Source: Clostridiales bacterium (GTDB taxonomy: Bacteria; Bacillota; Clostridia; TANB77; CAG-508). Taken from it: a stretch of 64,000 bases of DNA. Below the pieces are notes generated by a model. That model saw only the letters and a program-made list of their open reading frames with translations. It was not told where the DNA came from and ran no database searches. Made by a program: the position numbers and the translations under genes. Shown here piece by piece: positions 58,131 to 64,000 of this stretch; the stretch's first letter is position 1, and the number at the start of each line of letters is the position of its first letter. The stretch lies in contig DQFO01000014.1 of the NCBI GenBank assembly GCA_003525075.1, positions 64,032 through 128,031 on the forward strand, in the 5' to 3' direction.

Positions 58131-58544
58131 TTATTTTTTTGGGCGTTTTGCTCCATATTTTGAACGTCCTTGCATTCTGTCTTTTACACCTGCAGTATCT
58201 AATGTTCCTCTGATAATATGGTATCTAACACCTGGAAGGTCTTTTACTCTTCCTCCTCTGATTAGAACAACACTATGTTCTTGTAAGTTATGTCCTATTC
58301 CTGGGATATATGATGTTACTTCATAACCATTTGAAAGTCTAACTCTGGCAACTTTTCTTAAAGCTGAGTTTGGCTTCTTTGGTGTTACTGTTTTTACAAC
58401 TGTACATACACCTCTTTTTTGTGGTGCTTTATTGTTTGTTAATGTTTTGTTTTTTGAATTCCATCCATGTTGTAAAGCTGGTGCTGTTGATTTTGCCTTT
58501 GTTGATTTTCTTCCTTTTCTTACTAATTGATTAATTGTTGGCAC
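58131..58544 (-). CDS. rpsL: 30S ribosomal protein S12
   Basis: [12 protein letters not shown] start and the [16 protein letters not shown] motif. 137 aa. Confidence 0.97.
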   Translation of the reverse strand: MPTINQLVRKGRKSTKAKSTAPALQHGWNSKNKTLTNNKAPQKRGVCTVVKTVTPKKPNSALRKVARVRLSNGYEVTSYIPGIGHNLQEHSVVLIRGGRVKDLPGVRYHIIRGTLDTAGVKDRMQGRSKYGAKRPKK

Positions 58545-58581
58545 TTAAATTTCACCTCTTTCCCTAATTTTACTTAATTTT

Positions 58582-58635
58582 AAAAATTAAATTAACCGCA
58601 AACAAATTATTAAAAATAATTCGTATTGCGGTTAA
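58582..58635 (-). terminator. Terminator-like compound hairpin between the 427-aa orphan and rpsL
   Basis: Outer 10-bp stem ttaaccgcaa / ttgcggttaa and inner 7-bp stem aattatt / aataatt. A U-rich tract follows on the minus strand. Confidence 0.5.
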
Positions 58636-58689
58636 TATTTTATCATTTTTTTCCTATTATGTCAATGTTTTTTATATTAAATTTATTAA

Positions 58690-59973
58690 TTATTCTTTAT
58701 TTCCTTCTGGTAATATATTTGCACTACTTATATTAAATATTTTCTTCATAAAACATTTTATTTTTTCTGATAGTGTTACATTTCCAATTATATCTACTAA
58801 TGCATTTTGTGTTGAATTTTTTACTATTTTTTGTAAAATTTTTATTTCTTTTTTACTTATTTTTGCTTCATTTATATATGATAAATTATATGTTATAGCT
58901 GGTAATATATCTGAATCGTAATCATCTATTGATGAAAATGACATTACATAGTTATATACTAAATTTTGAGAATCCATATCATATTGTACTGCATATCTAT
59001 CTAAAATTTCACAAACAATTGGATCCATTTTCTTTATTGCTATATTTCTTAAGTTTCTATAGTTCTTTGCTGAATATTCTATTAACTCTCTTTTCCATGT
59101 TTCTCTTTCAAATTTTTCTTTTTCTAATATTTTTTCTTTAATAGGATATATTTTTATTGTTGTTTCATTACTTAATTCTGCTTTATATATTAATTCACCA
59201 TTTTCTACTTTTACAACAATATTCTTTATCGTTGTTGGTTCTTCTGTATTTGTATTAACTAATTGATTTTCTTCAGTTTCTTCTAAAGTAATTATTTCTT
59301 TTTCTAAATTTTTAGTTATTTCATTTATATTATTATAATAATCTGTTAATACTGGATCAATAGCAATTTCTTCAATAGGTTTTAGCTCTTCATTTATTAA
59401 TTGAACTTGTTCGTTTTCTTCTTTATTTTCAATTTCTTGTTTTTCTATTATTTCATTTATTTGTTCAGATTGTTCTTGGCTTTCTTCTATTTCTGTAGTT
59501 GAAAATAAATTAATTACATCAACAATTTGATTATGTTTGATCAATCTTTTTGCAAACATAATTCTAGCCATACTTTGTCCTATTTCATTTATGTTATCTG
59601 TTAATTCATAAATTTCTTCTGGATCAAGATTGTCTCTATTTTCTTCTATTTGTTCACTAATAATTCTACTTTTTCTTACACTTTCAGCAATCAAATTATC
59701 TATTTCTATAAATGCTTGTTCTCTAACTCTTAAAAGTTTAGAATTTATTTGATTTTGAAACCATTGGCTTTGGTTTCCTAAATCTGATATTTGTTTTCCT
59801 AAGCAATTTACTTCTGACCAAACATCTTCATCATTATTTATTTTATTTTGTGCTTTTTTTGTATTTCTTTCTTTTGCTAATTCATTTCTTTTGCTTTCTA
59901 TATCTCTTATCTGAGCACTTAAAACTGCTTTTTCATTAACAAATATATCTAATTCATTAATTAATTCTTCCAT
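58690..59973 (-). CDS. Hypothetical acidic coiled-coil protein (427 aa)
   Basis: Long ORF. The N-terminal half is E/Q/N-rich and helical, and the C-terminal ~170 aa look globular (ELIEYSAKNYRNLRNIAIKKMDPIVCEILDRYAV...). No motif recognised. Confidence 0.5.
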   Translation of the reverse strand: MEELINELDIFVNEKAVLSAQIRDIESKRNELAKERNTKKAQNKINNDEDVWSEVNCLGKQISDLGNQSQWFQNQINSKLLRVREQAFIEIDNLIAESVRKSRIISEQIEENRDNLDPEEIYELTDNINEIGQSMARIMFAKRLIKHNQIVDVINLFSTTEIEESQEQSEQINEIIEKQEIENKEENEQVQLINEELKPIEEIAIDPVLTDYYNNINEITKNLEKEIITLEETEENQLVNTNTEEPTTIKNIVVKVENGELIYKAELSNETTIKIYPIKEKILEKEKFERETWKRELIEYSAKNYRNLRNIAIKKMDPIVCEILDRYAVQYDMDSQNLVYNYVMSFSSIDDYDSDILPAITYNLSYINEAKISKKEIKILQKIVKNSTQNALVDIIGNVTLSEKIKCFMKKIFNISSANILPEGNKE

Positions 59974-60125
59974 CTTTTTTTAACCTGTTATATTAAGTTG
60001 ATTGCTTCTTAATACATTCCTTTCTTTTGTTATTTCCGAATTTTATTCATTTGTTATTCTATCATATGACTTTATTTCTTGCAAGAGTTTTTTGTCAATT
60101 TTTTTAATATTTTATCATTTTTTGG

Positions 60126-61478
60126 TTAATCAATTTTTAAGTTCTCAATAGCCCTATCTGCTAACATTCCATACTTTATTTTTTTGTCTTTTATTCTCTT
60201 TGGAAGTTCTGGAACAATTCCAAAATTTGCATTCATTGGTTGAAATTTGTCATTTGCTGTTGAAATATATTTTGCTAATGCTCCTATCATTGATAAATTT
60301 GAAAATTCAATTTTGCTTTCATTTTTTATTTGTGAAACAGCATTTAATGCTGACACCATTCCTGATGAAATTGATTCAACATAACCTTCAACACCTGTAA
60401 TTTGTCCGGCAAAATAAATATTTTTATTATCTTTGAAGTTATATGTGTTATCTAATAATTTCGTTGAATTTATATATGTGTTTCTATGCATAACTCCATA
60501 TTTTACAAATTCAGCATTTTGTAATCCAGGAATCATTCCAAATACTCTTTTCTGTTCTCCATATTTTAAATTTGTTTGAAATCCAACTATATTATAAATT
60601 GTTCCTAATTCATTATCTTGCCTCAATTGAATTACTGCATATGGTCTTTTTCCTGTTCTTGGATCATCAAATCCAACTGGTTTTAATGGTCCATATCTTA
60701 ATGTATCTTTTCCCCTTTTTGCCATTACTTCTACCGGCATACAACCTTCAAATATCTCTCTTTTTTCAAATTCATGTAATGTTATAACTTCAGCATTTAT
60801 TAATTCTTCTACAAATTTTTCATATTCATCTTTATTCATTGGTAAATTTATATAACTTGCTTCTTGTTTGTGTAATCTTTCTTTCCAATCATCTATTGTT
60901 TCATCTTTTCCTTTTTCTTGTTCATATCTATTACCAAAAAAAGCAATATTAAAATCGATGCTTTCTTTTGTAACAATTGGTGCAGCTGCATCATAAAAAT
61001 GTAATTTATCTTCTCCAGTTATTTTAGAGATTTCTTTTGATAATCCTTCTGATGTTAATGGTCCTGTTGCAATTATTACAATTCCTTTTTCTGCAATTTT
61101 TTCTATTTCTGTTACTTCTTGATGAATTATTTCTATTAATGGATTTTTTTCTAATTCTTCTGTTACTTTTTGTGAAAACAATTCTCTATCTACTGCTAAT
61201 GCTTGTCCTGCTGGTATTTGTGTTTCATCTGCTATTCTTATTAGCAATGAGTCTAGTTTTCTTAATTCTTCTTTTAACAAACCACATGCATTTGTATGTA
61301 AATTAGATTTGAACGAGTTACTACATACTATCTCAGCCAAATTTTTATTACTATGTGCTTCTGTAAATTTATCAGGCTTCATCTCATACAATTTTACCTT
61401 TATTCCTCTTTTTGCTATTTGATATGCAGCTTCACTTCCAGCTAATCCTCCACCTATTATTGTTATATAATCTACCAT
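60126..61478 (-). CDS. trmFO: Methylenetetrahydrofolate--tRNA-(uracil-5-)-methyltransferase TrmFO
   Basis: MVDYITIIGGGLAGSEAAYQIAKRG (FAD GxGxxG). Start at 61478 after GGAAGGAA. The ORF-track start at 61517 lies inside the upstream terminator hairpin. Confidence 0.9.
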   Translation of the reverse strand: MVDYITIIGGGLAGSEAAYQIAKRGIKVKLYEMKPDKFTEAHSNKNLAEIVCSNSFKSNLHTNACGLLKEELRKLDSLLIRIADETQIPAGQALAVDRELFSQKVTEELEKNPLIEIIHQEVTEIEKIAEKGIVIIATGPLTSEGLSKEISKITGEDKLHFYDAAAPIVTKESIDFNIAFFGNRYEQEKGKDETIDDWKERLHKQEASYINLPMNKDEYEKFVEELINAEVITLHEFEKREIFEGCMPVEVMAKRGKDTLRYGPLKPVGFDDPRTGKRPYAVIQLRQDNELGTIYNIVGFQTNLKYGEQKRVFGMIPGLQNAEFVKYGVMHRNTYINSTKLLDNTYNFKDNKNIYFAGQITGVEGYVESISSGMVSALNAVSQIKNESKIEFSNLSMIGALAKYISTANDKFQPMNANFGIVPELPKRIKDKKIKYGMLADRAIENLKID

Positions 61479-61502
61479 TTTATTTTCCTTCCTTTTTTCA
61501 TT

Positions 61503-61534
61503 AAAAAGTCTCTGCAAAAATGCAGAGAACTTTT
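61503..61534 (-). terminator. Intrinsic terminator after clpE
   Basis: Stem tctctgca (61509-61516) / tgcagaga (61521-61528) with an aaaa loop. A U-run follows on the minus strand. Confidence 0.6.
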
Positions 61535-61536
61535 AA

Positions 61537-63885
61537 TTATTCAATATTAAATTTTAATTCATTATTTTCTATGTCAACATTAATAGTTTGCCCATCATGG
61601 ACATCACCTTTTAAAATCATTTCAGAAATTTCATCTTCAACATATCTTTGAATAGCTCTTCTTAAGGGTCTTGCACCATATTTCAAATTAGTTCCTTTTT
61701 CTAATATAAAATCTTTTGCATTTTCTGAAACATTTAAAGAAATATTTTTGTCTGCTAAAGCTTTTACTGTATCTTTTAACATTAATTCAACAATTTGTAA
61801 TAATTCAGTTTTTGTTAATGAATCAAATACTATAATTTCATCTATTCTATTTAAAAATTCAGGTCTAAAAACTTGTTTTAGATTTTCTTCTATTTTATTA
61901 TTATCAACTGTTTTTTTATCAAAACCAATTGAATTTGTATTAACATTTGAACCTGCATTTGATGTCATAATTATAATTGTATTTTGGAAACTAACAACAT
62001 TTCCTTGTGAATCTGTAAGTTTTCCATCATCTAATACTTGTAATAAAATGTTAAATACATCAGGGTGTGCTTTTTCAATTTCATCAAATAATATAATAGA
62101 ATATGGTTTTCTTTTTACTTTTTCAGTAAGTTGACCTGCATCATCATATCCAACATATCCTGGAGGTGCACCAATAAGTTTTGCTGTTGAGTGGCTTTCC
62201 ATATATTCAGACATATCTACTCTTATTATTGAGTCTTCTGATCCAAACATTTCATATGCTAAGCTTTTTGCAAGTTCTGTTTTTCCAACACCTGTTGGTC
62301 CAACAAATATGAATGATGGTGGACGTTTCGTGCTTTGAAGTCCAGCACGATTTCTTCTTATTGCTCTAGAAACTGCAGATACTGCTTTATCTTGGCCAAT
62401 AACTCTTTTATGAAGATTTGTTTCAAGATTTAATAGTTTTTGTGTCTCTGCTTCTGTAATTTTTTTAACTGGAATTTTAGTCCAATTTTCAATAACTTGT
62501 GCTATATCTTGAACTGTTAAAGATTTTAATTTTATTGTACTATTTAAATGGTCAATTTCTTCAATTAATCTACATTCTTTAGTTTTTAAATCTGCTGCTT
62601 TTTGATAATCTTCTGTTGAATCTGCTTGTGCAGCATCTTCTTTTTGTGCTTGAACATCAGCAAGTTCTTGTTTTAACATTTCAAGTTTAAACAATTCTTT
62701 ATTTTCAAGATTAATTCTAGAACAAGCCTCATCTAAAATATCAATTGCTTTATCTGGCAAAAATCTATCATGAATGTATTTTTCAGACATTATAACTGCT
62801 TGTTTTATAACATCATTTGAAATTTTTACTTTGTGATATTCTTCATAATATTTCTTTATTCCTGTTAAAATTGAAATTGTATCATCGATATTAGGTTCTT
62901 CAACTAAAACTTGTTGGAATCTTCTTTCTAATGCTGTATCTTTCTCTATATATTTTCTATATTCTCTTAAAGTAGTAGTACCTATTAATTGAATTTCTCC
63001 ATTTGCAAGTGATGGTTTTAAAATATTAGCAGCATTCATAGAATGTTCTCCATCTCCTGCTCCAATTATATTGTGAATTTCATCTATTACAAGAATAATA
63101 TTCTTGAATTCTTTACATTCATCAATAATACCTTTCATACGAGCTTCAAATTGTCCTCTAAATTGAGTACCAGCTATAACAGATGTCATATCTAATAAAT
63201 AAACTTCTTTATTTAAAAGTTTTGCTGGAACATTATTATTAGCAATTTTTATAGCCAAACCTTGAGCAATTGCTGTTTTACCAACACCAGGTTCACCAAT
63301 CAAACAAGGATTATTTTTAGTACGTCTATTTAAGATTTGTATAACTCTTTGAATTTCCTTATCACGACCAATAACCATATCAAGTTCATTATTTTTAGCT
63401 TTTTGAGTTAGATTTGTTCCAAAAGTATCAAGATATTTTTTCTTTTTCTTAGCTTTCTTTGATTCAACTTTAACCTTTTGTCTACCACCATTAGTTTCTT
63501 CCTCATCTTTTTGTTTTTTAGGAACAAAATTAGCAAAGATAGATCCAATAGGAATTCCCATAGAAATACCCTCTGGAGCATTTTCATCATCAACATCTTC
63601 ATCACCATCAGATTCAAAATTTTCAAAATCCATATTTTCAAGATTTTCCAATTTTAAATTAGAAGATAAATCCTTAAACAAAGACTCTAACTGTTTTGAC
63701 ATATTATTCATATCTATATTATTATTCGTTTGATTAGAAGTAGACTGATTTGTATTAGTCTCAGGAACATCTAATCCACGTTTTTTTGCACACTCTTTAC
63801 ATAAGCCTTCCATTGAAGAAACGCCATTTTCAATTTTGTTTATAAATACAACTGCAGTGCGTTTTTTACATTGTGAACATATCAT
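61537..63885 (-). CDS. clpE: ATP-dependent Clp protease ATP-binding subunit, ClpE type (N-terminal zinc finger, two AAA+ modules)
   Basis: The N-terminus has CSQCKK...CKECAKK and lacks Clp_N repeats. Walker A motifs are GEPGVGKTA and GPTGVGKTE, and a UVR-like coiled-coil linker lies between the AAA modules. Confidence 0.85.
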   Translation of the reverse strand: MICSQCKKRTAVVFINKIENGVSSMEGLCKECAKKRGLDVPETNTNQSTSNQTNNNIDMNNMSKQLESLFKDLSSNLKLENLENMDFENFESDGDEDVDDENAPEGISMGIPIGSIFANFVPKKQKDEEETNGGRQKVKVESKKAKKKKKYLDTFGTNLTQKAKNNELDMVIGRDKEIQRVIQILNRRTKNNPCLIGEPGVGKTAIAQGLAIKIANNNVPAKLLNKEVYLLDMTSVIAGTQFRGQFEARMKGIIDECKEFKNIILVIDEIHNIIGAGDGEHSMNAANILKPSLANGEIQLIGTTTLREYRKYIEKDTALERRFQQVLVEEPNIDDTISILTGIKKYYEEYHKVKISNDVIKQAVIMSEKYIHDRFLPDKAIDILDEACSRINLENKELFKLEMLKQELADVQAQKEDAAQADSTEDYQKAADLKTKECRLIEEIDHLNSTIKLKSLTVQDIAQVIENWTKIPVKKITEAETQKLLNLETNLHKRVIGQDKAVSAVSRAIRRNRAGLQSTKRPPSFIFVGPTGVGKTELAKSLAYEMFGSEDSIIRVDMSEYMESHSTAKLIGAPPGYVGYDDAGQLTEKVKRKPYSIILFDEIEKAHPDVFNILLQVLDDGKLTDSQGNVVSFQNTIIIMTSNAGSNVNTNSIGFDKKTVDNNKIEENLKQVFRPEFLNRIDEIIVFDSLTKTELLQIVELMLKDTVKALADKNISLNVSENAKDFILEKGTNLKYGARPLRRAIQRYVEDEISEMILKGDVHDGQTINVDIENNELKFNIE

Positions 63886-63923
63886 ATACTATAATTCCTC
63901 TTTTCTTTTATTAAAATATTATA

Positions 63924-63952
63924 TATTCTACATTAAATTTTCCAAATAGTCA
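63924..63952 (-). promoter_or_regulatory. SigA-type promoter for clpE
   Basis: On the minus strand: TTGACT (63947-63952), 17-nt spacer, TAGAAT (63924-63929), ~38 nt upstream of the ATG. Confidence 0.45.
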
Positions 63953-64000
63953 AGAGAAAATACATTATAGTACTAGACAAAAAAATAAAAATATGATATA

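Noticed and set aside
1-64000. tRNA, rRNA, tmRNA, T-box or other structured RNA genes, and mobile elements (IS, integrase, prophage ends).
   Set aside because: All intergenic gaps are under 300 nt and AT-rich. They contain only simple hairpins, and none shows the GC-rich cloverleaf-type segments expected of tRNAs. No transposase- or recombinase-like ORF exists in either strand's track.

Overview
The window is a chromosomal segment from a very AT-rich (about 23-25% G+C by my spot counts), spore-forming Firmicute, probably Clostridia-like. About 55 protein genes are present and almost all lie on the minus strand. I saw no rRNA, tRNA, CRISPR array, transposase or integrase. In coordinate order the content is: (1) 1-11138, an ABC-transporter-dependent cell-wall glycopolymer locus with several GT2 glycosyltransferases, a Wzm/TagG-like permease, a Wzt/TagH-like ATPase, an MBL hydrolase, a methyltransferase-like coiled-coil protein and a decayed pilin-like pseudogene. 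(2) recO, a yqzL-like small ORF, era, a 765-aa orphan, dusB, rodA, minE, minD and a frameshifted cwlD. (3) 20182-26126, an Arn-like envelope amino-sugar modification cluster: Nudix, two SMR-type flippase-like subunits, ATP-grasp, DegT/WecE aminotransferase, GT-C transferase and a polyprenyl-phosphate GT2. (4) mscL with a zinc ribbon, a PHP phosphoesterase, a degenerate REC-GGDEF protein and an Ig-repeat membrane protein. (5) fruK-fruA-ptsH-ptsI-ldh, then carD-like, dut, a soluble KAP-family NTPase, comFC and rnj. (6) A gerB/gerC-like pair on the plus strand, yitT, a PstS-like lipoprotein, an ELP3-like radical SAM protein, rnc, acpP and plsX. (7) The str operon rpsL-rpsG-fusA-tuf flanked by coiled-coil orphans, then trmFO and clpE. 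The strongest anomalies are two short plus-strand islands of roughly 40-48% G+C, at about 11.25-11.68 kb and 27.68-28.46 kb. Each is one gene with a perfect TTGACA-17-TATAAT promoter, a strong Shine-Dalgarno sequence and a GC-rich hairpin terminator. One encodes a 102-aa orphan protein and the other a divergent thymidylate-kinase-like P-loop kinase. They look like recently acquired or artificially inserted cassettes, and I rank them as the best candidates for something new. All functional calls rest on motif recognition by eye; no database search was possible.
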